A stretch of 52,217 nucleotides of DNA from an uncultured Erysipelotrichaceae bacterium (GTDB lineage Bacteria > Bacillota_I > Bacilli_A > RFN20 > CAG-826). The stretch lies in contig CACWSI010000007.1 of the NCBI GenBank assembly GCA_902763555.1, forward strand, positions 1-52,217. Reading direction: 5' to 3'. Made by a program: the position numbers and the translations under genes. The notes beneath the pieces are model-generated. The model saw only the letters and a list, made by a program, of their open reading frames with translations. It did no database searches and was not told the origin of the DNA. Positions 9,385-18,360 of this stretch are shown one piece after another (position 1 is the stretch's first letter; every line of letters starts with the position of its first letter).

Positions 9385-9413
9385 TCACCCCTTATTGTCG
9401 GGTGATTTTTTTT
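9383..9413 (+). terminator. Leader (attenuator) terminator upstream of the uracil permease
   Basis: AGTCACCC-CTTATTGTC-GGGTGATT stem with an 8-U tract, 20 nt before the ATG. Confidence 0.88.
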
Positions 9414-9433
9414 GCGCGAAAGGAGAAACATTT

Positions 9434-10888
9434 ATGTCGGCAAACAAACTTATCTTCGAAGTTGATGGCAAGCCAAGTTTCGGGAAACTCTTGGTCTTCG
9501 CGTTTCAACAAGTCTTAGCCGTTTTAGCGGCCACAATCGCAGTTCCAACAATCATTGGACTTCCAGTACAAATTCCTGCAGCTATCTTAGGTGCTGGTTT
9601 AGGTACACTCGTTTATTTAGTTTTCACAAAATTCAAATCACCAGTCGTTATCTCTAGCTCATTTGCTTTCTTAGGTGCTTTGGCTAACGCCGTCGCATTT
9701 GGTTACATGGGTATCTTACTCGGTGGCTTATTTGCTGGTTTAGTTTACGTGATCATTGCAATTATCATTAAATTTGCTGGTACAAGATGGGTTGAAAAAC
9801 TCATGCCTCCAGTAATTATCGGACCAACTGTTGCTTTAATCGGTCTTTCCTTAGCAGGTGCGGCTATGGGTGACATCGTTAAAGCTTCTGCTTCTCAAAT
9901 CAATGGTGGTTATAACCTCATCGGTTTATTATGTGGCTTAGTCACATTCTTCACAGTTGTTATTCTCTCTGTCCAAAATAGATTCAAAGCCGGTAGATTA
10001 TTACCATTCATTCTTGGTATTGCTGCTGGTTATGCTGTTGCCGCGATCTTCACAGGCATCGGCTACGCTGCTAACTTAGATTACTTCAAAGTTATCAACT
10101 ACTCACCAATCATTGAAAACTTCCAAAACATCACACTCGAATCATTCTTAACATATCCAAGATTCGCTTTAATCGGTGGTATCAAGGAATTAGCTGATGG
10201 TGCAGTCAGCGAGGAAATAGTTGCTGCCGCTGCCCAAAGTGGCAAAGTAGCACAAGTCATTACCCCAGTCGGTGTTGCGGAAGTTGCTTTAGCCTTCGTC
10301 CCAGTCGCATTTGTTACATTTGCTGAACACATCGCTGACCACAAGAACTTAAGCTCCATCATCAACAAAGACCTCATTACAGAACCAGGCTTATCCAGAA
10401 CCTTACTCGGTGATGGTGTTGGTTCCATGGTTGGTACAGTCTTCGGTATCTGCCCAAATACCACATATGGTGAATCCGTTGGCTGCGTTGCTATCACAAA
10501 GAACGCTTCTGTTAGAACAATCTTCGTTGCCGCTTTAATGCTCATCGTCTTATCATTCTTAAGCCCAGTTACCGCTGCGTTAAGAACAATCCCAAGCTGT
10601 GTCATGGGTGGTGTTTGCTTAACACTCTATGGCTTCATCGCTGTCTCTGGCTTAAAGATGTTCCAACAAGTCGATCTCAACAAGAGCAAGAACTTATTCA
10701 CAGTCGCTGCCATCCTCATTTCCGGTATCGGTGGTTTAGCTATCCAAATCCCATATGCTATCGCAAATAATGGTGCAGTTGAAAAAACAATTCAAATTAC
10801 CTCTATCGCAACTGCGTTGATTTTAGGTATTATTACTATGGTGGTAACAAACGCTGTTGAAAAGCGTAATGCCCCAGAAGAAGAATAA
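9434..10888 (+). CDS. uraA: Uracil permease (NCS2/UraA-PyrP family)
   Basis: FQQVLAVLAATIAVP, EHIADH and GDG..S...G..PNTTYGES NCS2 motifs; start set at ATG 9434 after AAAGGAG rather than TTG 9395. Confidence 0.92.
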   Translation: MSANKLIFEVDGKPSFGKLLVFAFQQVLAVLAATIAVPTIIGLPVQIPAAILGAGLGTLVYLVFTKFKSPVVISSSFAFLGALANAVAFGYMGILLGGLFAGLVYVIIAIIIKFAGTRWVEKLMPPVIIGPTVALIGLSLAGAAMGDIVKASASQINGGYNLIGLLCGLVTFFTVVILSVQNRFKAGRLLPFILGIAAGYAVAAIFTGIGYAANLDYFKVINYSPIIENFQNITLESFLTYPRFALIGGIKELADGAVSEEIVAAAAQSGKVAQVITPVGVAEVALAFVPVAFVTFAEHIADHKNLSSIINKDLITEPGLSRTLLGDGVGSMVGTVFGICPNTTYGESVGCVAITKNASVRTIFVAALMLIVLSFLSPVTAALRTIPSCVMGGVCLTLYGFIAVSGLKMFQQVDLNKSKNLFTVAAILISGIGGLAIQIPYAIANNGAVEKTIQITSIATALILGIITMVVTNAVEKRNAPEEE

Positions 10889-10903
10889 GTTGAGGAATAG
10901 ATA

Positions 10904-11578
10904 ATGGCTTTTGAAAATTATCCAACAGTCCATATTCTTGACCATCCATTGATCAAGCACAAAATCACAAAACTTAGAGACAAAACAACTAAGACAAGTG
11001 AATTCAAGATGTTAGTGAAAGAAATATCTGTTTTGGAAGGATATGAAGCACTTCGTCATCTCGGAACACAAATGGTGGAAATTGAAACACCAATCGAAAA
11101 AACACTTCAACCAGTTGTTAAACGTAAATCTCTTTGCTTTGTCCCAATCCTTCGTGCAGGCTTGGGTATGGTCGATGGTTTGCTCGAGCTAGTTCCTGGC
11201 TGTACTTGTGGCCACATCGGTTTATACCGTAATGAAGTCACAAAAGAACCTGTGGAATATTACTGCAAATTGCCTGCAGATATTTCCGAAAAAGATGTTT
11301 ACCTTTTAGACCCAATGCTCGCCACAGGCGGCTCCGCTATTGACGCGGTGAGAATGTTAAAGGCTCATGGTGCTAAAAAGATTACCTTCCTTTGCATTAT
11401 CGCAGCCCCAGAAGGTGTGGAAGCATTTGTGAAGAAATATCCAGATATCCCACTCTATATCGGTGCATTAGACCGTTGCTTAAACGAAAATGCATATATC
11501 TGCCCAGGCTTAGGTGACTGTGGTGATAGAACATTCGGTACCACAAACGGCACAACCGAAGATAGACCAATTATTTAA
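10904..11578 (+). CDS. upp: Uracil phosphoribosyltransferase
   Basis: HPLIKHKIT.LR, VPILRAGLGMV, LDPMLATGGSA, PGLGDCGDR.FGT. Confidence 0.97.
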   Translation: MAFENYPTVHILDHPLIKHKITKLRDKTTKTSEFKMLVKEISVLEGYEALRHLGTQMVEIETPIEKTLQPVVKRKSLCFVPILRAGLGMVDGLLELVPGCTCGHIGLYRNEVTKEPVEYYCKLPADISEKDVYLLDPMLATGGSAIDAVRMLKAHGAKKITFLCIIAAPEGVEAFVKKYPDIPLYIGALDRCLNENAYICPGLGDCGDRTFGTTNGTTEDRPII

Positions 11579-11635
11579 TTATCAACTTATTGATCAGAGT
11601 AGAAATTCCTTTCAGTTGAAAGAGGGAAAGAAGAC

Positions 11636-12565
11636 ATGACAAATAAAGAACAAGTACTAGTATTTTCTTTAACCACCTGTGAAGAATTAGCAAACAAGGT
11701 GTGTGAAGAACTCGGTGTGGAAAAATCACCCGCTATCTGTAGAAGATTCGCAGATAATGAAATTTTTACCAGACCAAACGTTGACGTAAGAGGTAAGGAT
11801 TGTATTGTTATTCATTCAACCTGTAACCCAGTCAATGACAAATTAATGGAATTATTAATCTTCATCGACGCTCTTAAGAGAGGTGAAGCTAAAACCATTA
11901 CCGCGATCATCCCATATTTCGGATACGTGAGACAAGATAGAACTATTGATTTCGGCGATCCAATTAGTGCTAAATTAGTGGCTAATTGTTTAAGAGAAGC
12001 TGGATGTAATAGAGTTGTATCAGTCGATTACCACAGTGGCTCAATGCAACCATTCTTCGAAAATATGGAAGCAGTGGAATTATATTCTTCCTCTGTGTTC
12101 GCTGATTATTACCGTAAACGCTTAAAGACATTAAAAGTTAAACTCGAGGACGTTGTCATTGTTTCTCCAGACAAGGGTGGCCTCGAAAGAGCGAAACATT
12201 TATCCAAAGATTTAGGTGATTTACCAATCGCGGTGTTAAATAAATACCGTCCTGAACCAAATAAGGCCGTTATTACTAACATCAAAGGCGAATCAGTCGT
12301 GGACAAGTACTGTTTAATGATTGATGATATCATCGATACTGGTGGCACAATTATTGCCGCGAGTAAAGAACTTCTTAAAAACGAAGCTAGAGGTATCCTC
12401 ATCTGCGCTTGCCATGGTATCTTTTCCAAGAACGCTCTCGCGAAATTATATAGATGTGGCATCTTAGATATCGCTATTAGTGATTCTATCCCACAAGAAG
12501 AAGACGTTGTTTCTATCGTCTCCTTATCGCCAATCATCGCTAAATATATCAACGAGAACTTCTAA
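11636..12565 (+). CDS. prs: Ribose-phosphate pyrophosphokinase
   Basis: FADNEI, MELLIFIDALKR, IPYFGYVRQDR, VSPDKGG, IDDIIDTGGT. Confidence 0.93.
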   Translation: MTNKEQVLVFSLTTCEELANKVCEELGVEKSPAICRRFADNEIFTRPNVDVRGKDCIVIHSTCNPVNDKLMELLIFIDALKRGEAKTITAIIPYFGYVRQDRTIDFGDPISAKLVANCLREAGCNRVVSVDYHSGSMQPFFENMEAVELYSSSVFADYYRKRLKTLKVKLEDVVIVSPDKGGLERAKHLSKDLGDLPIAVLNKYRPEPNKAVITNIKGESVVDKYCLMIDDIIDTGGTIIAASKELLKNEARGILICACHGIFSKNALAKLYRCGILDIAISDSIPQEEDVVSIVSLSPIIAKYINENF

Positions 12566-12585
12566 TCAATATAAATAAGATATAT

Positions 12586-12613
12586 AAGACCGGAATAAAA
12601 TCCGGTCTTTTTT
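12586..12613 (+). terminator. Intrinsic terminator after prs
   Basis: AAGACCGGA/TCCGGTCTT stem plus U-tract. Confidence 0.88.
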
Positions 12614-12673
12614 ATTTGAAAAATATTGAGAGTATCACATGATATTTGCTATTATTCAATAGAGTGATTATTT

Positions 12674-13915
12674 ATGAAATATAACGTTATTAAGAAAAAT
12701 AAAAGCATTAAAATTATTTACGGTGTTTGTTTATTACTTGCAATCCCTTTTATTGTTATATTTTTGCTCACCGCTAAATTTAGAAATGATTTAGAAAGAA
12801 CTATTGTTATCGTTGGTTCTATTGTTTTTTGGCTTGCGTTTTTTATTGCCTGGCTCGGCTATGTGCTTTGGAAAATAAGCTTTAATGATGAAGAGTTTAA
12901 GATTAGACACTTCTTTTTTACGAAAAAATATAAAAGAGATAACGTTATCGCTATAGATGAATCACGTGCACATCGAGCGGGATATCGAATGGGATATCCT
13001 GACTCTTTTAAGAAATATTATGCTATTCATACGGTCATACGTCGAAAGGACAATAATAGATTAATTGCGGAAATCCATGACTACTTCGTGGGCTCACAAT
13101 TTTTCAACGAATTAAAAACGTTACCTAAAAACAAAAAGTTCATGATGAGTTACAAACACGATAAAATCACTCCGGAAGATTTTGGACTTGTTGAAAGGGA
13201 TGGTAGATATTTCAGTAAAAAAGATAACTCCGAATGGATTAAACATTCGATGTTTGACTATGGTTATGGTCCAGAAGATGGCTTTTATAAGCTGCCATTA
13301 GGCAGTTTCAATGATCTTATTTCATTTATAGAAGGAAACTATAAAAAAGAAGATCAATCACTTTGCGCTGCAATAATGATGATGGAAATGAGTCCATCTG
13401 AAGTCAAAAAATACTTATTAAAAGTAATCAAAAATAATATTAATTCCGATTACAAACATTTTTTAAATTACGCCTTTGTGATCGATGCTTTTACAGACAA
13501 AAGCATGTCGGAAGACGAATGTAAAGAGTGGGAACACATTGGTCGCTGCTTACTTGGAACAGACTTCGTGGTGTATGAGGCTACCTTGGTTTGGGCCACT
13601 CCTGAAGAGGGCGGAAGAAAAGGACCCGTTCCAATGGAAAATAACAAATACGCTCCTCTTATTGGAATAAAAGGGCAAAAGACATTTTATGGTTGTGCTT
13701 GGTCAATAATTTGCTACAACTATGAAAAAACAAGTGATTATACAACTCGCAGTTATTTAAGATTTTTAAATTATGAAAGAGCTCCAAATATCTTAGCGAA
13801 AGGAACAATGTTCGAATTATATGAGGGTAGGAAGCTTGTGGCTAAAGGTGTTGTGGAAAAAATAACAGACGATCCAGATGTCTTAGACTATTTCGATTTC
13901 ACCAAAGAAGACTAA
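12674..13915 (+). CDS. Hypothetical membrane-anchored multidomain protein with a C-terminal EF-Tu domain III-like module
   Basis: Two N-terminal TM helices; C-terminal PEEGGRKGP...GTMFELYEGRKLVAKGVVEKI resembles EF-Tu domain III; no GTPase motifs. Confidence 0.7.
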   Translation: MKYNVIKKNKSIKIIYGVCLLLAIPFIVIFLLTAKFRNDLERTIVIVGSIVFWLAFFIAWLGYVLWKISFNDEEFKIRHFFFTKKYKRDNVIAIDESRAHRAGYRMGYPDSFKKYYAIHTVIRRKDNNRLIAEIHDYFVGSQFFNELKTLPKNKKFMMSYKHDKITPEDFGLVERDGRYFSKKDNSEWIKHSMFDYGYGPEDGFYKLPLGSFNDLISFIEGNYKKEDQSLCAAIMMMEMSPSEVKKYLLKVIKNNINSDYKHFLNYAFVIDAFTDKSMSEDECKEWEHIGRCLLGTDFVVYEATLVWATPEEGGRKGPVPMENNKYAPLIGIKGQKTFYGCAWSIICYNYEKTSDYTTRSYLRFLNYERAPNILAKGTMFELYEGRKLVAKGVVEKITDDPDVLDYFDFTKED

Positions 13916-14067
13916 TATATACGTAACAAAAATCGTTTAAACTACATCTATTTGTGTAAGGTTTTATTTACATTAAAATCATTAAAAATATATTAACAAT
14001 CACGCGTGTATAATCTATACTTAAATAGTGTTTTTTCTTTGTGGAAAAGACTTAAAGGAGATACCTT

Positions 14068-15489
14068 ATGAAATACGATGTCGTGATTGTTGGAGCGGGC
14101 CCAAGTGGATATTTTTGTGCCTACGAATTAGTCAACAAAAACCCAAAATTAAAAGTACTCCTTATAGATAAGGGTCTCTCTATCGAAAAGAGACATTGTC
14201 CAGTTTTAGAACACAAATTAACAAAATGTCCAAGAAATATTAAAGGCTATCAAGAATGCTTCCCAGCTTGTTCCATCACTAATGGTTTTGGCGGGGCCGG
14301 TGCTTATTCTGATGGTAAATTTAACATTACCTCTGAATTTGGTGGTTGGTTGCAAGATTATATTGACCGTGATGAACTCATGAAATTGATTGATTATGTC
14401 GACCAAATCAATCTTAATTATGGTGCCACTCCAGTCATCACTGATCCATACACCAAAGAAGTTAGAGATATTGAAAAGAAAGCCATGTCTGTCGGTCTTA
14501 AATTATTACATAGCAAGGTCAGACACTTAGGCACAGAAGAAAACTTAAAAATCTTAACCAGAATATATTTAGATTTAGAAAAGAAGATTGACACTAGATT
14601 CTCCACAACGGTGAAAGACATTGTCGTGGAAGAAAGCCAAGTTAAAGGCGTTATTTTAGCCGACGATGAAAGAATCGATGCCGATTATGTTTTACTCGCC
14701 GTCGGTCGTGAAGGTAGCCAATGGCTCACTAACTTATTTGAAAAATTAAATGTCGAAATGACCCAAAACCAAGTTGATATCGGTGTTCGTGTTGAATGTC
14801 CAAACATGGTTATGGAAGAAATTAACAAAAACTTATATGAAGGTAAGTTTATTTATAAAGCCTCTACTGGTAGCACAGTTAGAACATTCTGCTCTAACCC
14901 AGGTGGTCACGTCGTTATGGAAAACTACCAAGGTGTCGTTAATGTTAATGGTCACTCCTATAATGACCCATCTTTATCTAGTGAAAATACAAACTTTGCT
15001 TTATTAGTTACACACCATTTTGAAGAACCATTCAAAAAACCAAACGAATATGCCTTAAAAGTCTCATCCTTAGCTAACCAATTAGCGTGTGGCTCTGTTT
15101 TAGTCCAACGCTTTGGTGACATCAAACAAGGAAGACGTAGTACAGTTAAGCGTATTAACGAAGGCTTCGTGAGACCAACTCTTAAAGAAGCAGTCCCTGG
15201 TGACTTAGCCTTATGCTTACCACAAAAAACTATGCAGGCGATTATCGAAATGATTCAAGTCTTAGACCACATCACTCCAGGTATCGCTACTGAACATACA
15301 CTTTTATACGGCGTTGAAGCTAAATACTATAGCGCTCACCCAGAAATTGATAACAAACTTGAAGTCAAAGATATTAAAAACCTCTACGTTGGTGGCGATG
15401 GTGCGGGTCTCACCCGTGGCTTAGCCCAAGCGGGAGCCTGTGGCGTCTATGTCGCTAGAAACATCCTAGAAAAGAAGGGTGCCAAATAG
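14068..15489 (+). CDS. NAD(P)/FAD-dependent oxidoreductase (uncharacterised COG2509-like family)
   Basis: Rossmann motif VVIVGAGPSG; GFGGAGAYSDGK; VRTFCSNPGG.V; LYGVEAKYYS; GDGAGLTRGL. Confidence 0.88.
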   Translation: MKYDVVIVGAGPSGYFCAYELVNKNPKLKVLLIDKGLSIEKRHCPVLEHKLTKCPRNIKGYQECFPACSITNGFGGAGAYSDGKFNITSEFGGWLQDYIDRDELMKLIDYVDQINLNYGATPVITDPYTKEVRDIEKKAMSVGLKLLHSKVRHLGTEENLKILTRIYLDLEKKIDTRFSTTVKDIVVEESQVKGVILADDERIDADYVLLAVGREGSQWLTNLFEKLNVEMTQNQVDIGVRVECPNMVMEEINKNLYEGKFIYKASTGSTVRTFCSNPGGHVVMENYQGVVNVNGHSYNDPSLSSENTNFALLVTHHFEEPFKKPNEYALKVSSLANQLACGSVLVQRFGDIKQGRRSTVKRINEGFVRPTLKEAVPGDLALCLPQKTMQAIIEMIQVLDHITPGIATEHTLLYGVEAKYYSAHPEIDNKLEVKDIKNLYVGGDGAGLTRGLAQAGACGVYVARNILEKKGAK

Positions 15490-15508
15490 AAAAAAGGAGA
15501 AACAAATT

Positions 15509-16699
15509 ATGAGATGTGTTGGTGTGACATCTAGAGGGGTGAGACTCCCTGTCCTCAAAACTGGTGACAACTTAAGAGAGATTGTTGTCGAATCAGTTTT
15601 AAAAGCCTCAGAAAATGAAGGATTCAAATTCCATGATCGCGATGTTGTCGCAATCACCGAAAGTATCGTCGCCCGTTGCCAAGGCAATTATGCCTCTGTC
15701 GACAATATTGCTGACGATGTAAGAAAGAAAACCGGTGGCGACGAAGTAGCGGTCATTTTTCCTATTTTAAGTAGAAATAGATTTGCGATCTTACTTAAAG
15801 GTATCGCCCGTGGTGTCAAGAAAGTCTATTTAATGCTTTCTTACCCAAGTGATGAAGTTGGTAATGCTTTAATTACCGCGGATCAAGTTTACGAAGCTGG
15901 CATTAACCCATACAGCGACGTCTTAACATTAGAAAAATACCGTGAATTATTCGGTTATAGAGTGCACGAATTCACTGGTGTTGACTACGTTGATTACTAT
16001 AAGAAATTAATCGAAGAACAAGGTGCGGAAGCTGTTATTATCTTCGCTAACCGCGCTGAAGCGATTTTAAATTATACAAAGAAAGTCTTAACATGTGATA
16101 TTCACACAAGATTTGCCACAAAACGTTTATTAAAAGATAAAGGTGCTGAATTAGTGTTAGCCCTTGATGATATTTTAACCGCACCAGTTAATGGTTCTGG
16201 TTATAACGAAAAATATGGTTTATTAGGTACCAATAAAGCCACTGAAGAAACCGTGAAATTATTCCCTAGAGACGGTCAGTCTCTCGTGGAAGGTGTTCAA
16301 GCTGACTTATTAGAAAAGACCGGTAAACACTTTGAAGTCATGGTTTATGGCGATGGTGCATTTAAAGATCCACAAGGAAAGATTTGGGAATTAGCAGACC
16401 CAGTCGTTTCTCCATTCCATACCGTGGGCTTAAAAGGTACACCAAACGAATTAAAACTCAAATATTTAGCGGATAATGCTTATAAGGGTTTAAAAGGTAA
16501 AGAACTCGCTGATGCGATTAAAGAAGATATCAAAGCTAAAGAAAAAGACCTCGTTGGTAAAATGGCTAGCGAAGGCACAACCCCAAGACAAATCACTGAC
16601 TTATTAGGTTCTTTATGTGACTTAACAAGTGGTTCTGGCGATAAAGGTACACCAGTTGTCTTAATTCAAGGATACTTTGACAATTATGCCGACGAATAA
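15509..16699 (+). CDS. Coenzyme F420-0:L-glutamate ligase (CofE)-like protein
   Basis: RGVRLPVLKTGD, DVVAITESIVAR, VYGDGAFKDP..KIWELADP, LCDLTSGSGDKGTPVVLIQGY; start set at ATG 15509 after AAAGGAG. Confidence 0.8.
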   Translation: MRCVGVTSRGVRLPVLKTGDNLREIVVESVLKASENEGFKFHDRDVVAITESIVARCQGNYASVDNIADDVRKKTGGDEVAVIFPILSRNRFAILLKGIARGVKKVYLMLSYPSDEVGNALITADQVYEAGINPYSDVLTLEKYRELFGYRVHEFTGVDYVDYYKKLIEEQGAEAVIIFANRAEAILNYTKKVLTCDIHTRFATKRLLKDKGAELVLALDDILTAPVNGSGYNEKYGLLGTNKATEETVKLFPRDGQSLVEGVQADLLEKTGKHFEVMVYGDGAFKDPQGKIWELADPVVSPFHTVGLKGTPNELKLKYLADNAYKGLKGKELADAIKEDIKAKEKDLVGKMASEGTTPRQITDLLGSLCDLTSGSGDKGTPVVLIQGYFDNYADE

Positions 16700-18188
16700 A
16701 AAGAAATTAGCCTTTGATAATAAAGAATATCTGAAAATCCAACGTCAGGAGATTTTAAAGCGCATTAAATCCTTCGGTGGTAAGCTCTATCTTGAATTTG
16801 GTGGTAAGTTATTTGATGACTACCACGCTTCTAGAGTTTTACCAGGTTTTGAACCAGATTCAAAGCTCCAAATGTTATTAACATTAAAAGATGACGCTGA
16901 AATCGTCATGGCCGTTAACGCGAACGACATTAAAACAAATAAAGTTCGTAACGACTTAGGTATCACCTATGAATCAGAAGTTGAAAGACTTATTGATGCT
17001 TATCAAGCCGCGGGCTTATATGTCAGTAGTGTGGTCTTCTGCTTCTATGAAGATAGCCCGGTGTTAAAACAATTTGCCACTAAACTTAAAAAGAATGGTA
17101 TCAAAGTTTATAAACACTACACAATCGCTGGTTATCCACATAACCTAGTCTCTGTTTTTGGTAGTGATGGCTTTGAGAAAAACGAATATGTTGAAACCAC
17201 AAAACCATTAATCGTTGTGACCGCTCCAGGTCCTGGTTCAGGCAAGATGGCTGTCTGTTTAAGTCAGTTATACCATGATATGAACCGTGGCATTAAATCA
17301 GGTTACGCTAAATATGAAACATTCCCAGTTTGGAATCTTCCATTACCACACCCAGTTAACTTAGCTTATGAAGCAGCAACTGTCGATTTAGCGGACGTCA
17401 ACATGATTGACCCATATCACTTAGCGGCCTATGGCTTAACCACCACAAACTACAACCGTGATATTGAAACATTCCCATTATTAAAAACCATATTTGAAAA
17501 GATTTATGGTAGTTCTCCATATCAATCTCCAACCGATATGGGTGTTAATATGGTGGGCTTTGCGATTGTTAATGATGAAGCAGCTTGTGCGGCTAGTAAA
17601 CAAGAAATCATTAGAAGATATTACCAAGCCAAGAAGAATGTCTACTTAGGTAAATTTGATGATGACACAATCGTGAAAGAAGAATCATTAATGAACGCTG
17701 TGGGTGTGACTCCAGCGGATAGAAAGTGCGTTAATGCGTGTTTAGAAAAAGCCAAAAAGTGCAAAGAAAGAGTGGTCGCTATTGAATTACCTAACGGCAA
17801 GATCATTACTGGTAAACGCTCTAGATTATTAGGCGCTCCAGCGGCAATGCTTCTCAACACTTTAAAAGTCTTGGGTAAGATTGATGATAGTATTCACCTT
17901 ATTTCACCACACGTGGTTACCCCAATGGCCGATTTAAAGACTGGTCCATTAAAGAAAGAAAACCCACGTATCAGAGCGGAAGAAATCTTAATCGCCTTAG
18001 CCATTCAAGCTAATAGCAACCCATTAGCCGAATTAGCGCTTAAGCAAATTCCTAAGCTCAAAGGTAGTGAAGCGCACTGTTCATGTATCCTTTCTGATGC
18101 AGACTTAAGAACATTAACCGCGTTAGGTATTAATGTCACTGAAGAACCAGTGGGCTACGCGCACAAACTATATTTTAATAAAAATTAG
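16686..18188 (+). CDS. DUF1846 / UPF0371 family P-loop protein
   Basis: LYLEFGGKLFDDYHASRVLPGF, VTAPGPGSGK, KYETFPVWNLPL.HPVN.AYEAAT; start probably ATG 16686, overlapping the CofE-like stop. Confidence 0.88.
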   Translation: MPTNKKKLAFDNKEYLKIQRQEILKRIKSFGGKLYLEFGGKLFDDYHASRVLPGFEPDSKLQMLLTLKDDAEIVMAVNANDIKTNKVRNDLGITYESEVERLIDAYQAAGLYVSSVVFCFYEDSPVLKQFATKLKKNGIKVYKHYTIAGYPHNLVSVFGSDGFEKNEYVETTKPLIVVTAPGPGSGKMAVCLSQLYHDMNRGIKSGYAKYETFPVWNLPLPHPVNLAYEAATVDLADVNMIDPYHLAAYGLTTTNYNRDIETFPLLKTIFEKIYGSSPYQSPTDMGVNMVGFAIVNDEAACAASKQEIIRRYYQAKKNVYLGKFDDDTIVKEESLMNAVGVTPADRKCVNACLEKAKKCKERVVAIELPNGKIITGKRSRLLGAPAAMLLNTLKVLGKIDDSIHLISPHVVTPMADLKTGPLKKENPRIRAEEILIALAIQANSNPLAELALKQIPKLKGSEAHCSCILSDADLRTLTALGINVTEEPVGYAHKLYFNKN

Positions 18189-18213
18189 AATATATCTAAT
18201 TAAAATTAATAAA

Positions 18214-18243
18214 GAGGAAAGGGTAAAATACCCTTTTCTTTTC
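18214..18243 (+). terminator. Probable terminator after the DUF1846 gene
   Basis: AAAGGGTA/TACCCTTT stem followed by a U/C-rich tract. Confidence 0.65.
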
Positions 18244-18360
18244 TAATATTTCATTCAAAATGTTTACTAATGTTTATGAAACGCGCGATAATAATATAGT
18301 AGTCGTTTGTATTCGCAATGAAACAAACATCATAAAAATAATAAGAAAGGGTATTTTTTC

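Noticed and set aside
9280-9420. PyrR-binding attenuator, expected upstream of a uracil permease
   Set aside because: No ARUCCAGAGAGGYU-like loop found; the leader-peptide model fits the sequence better.
9395-9433. TTG start at 9395 for the uracil permease
   Set aside because: It lies inside the terminator loop; the SD AAAGGAG supports ATG 9434.
4684-10605. ORFs 4684-5001, 5789-6130, 7152-7406, 7294-7560, 8092-8346, 8954-9166 and 10099-10605
   Set aside because: Antisense or out-of-frame to well-supported genes; typical of codon-biased coding strands.
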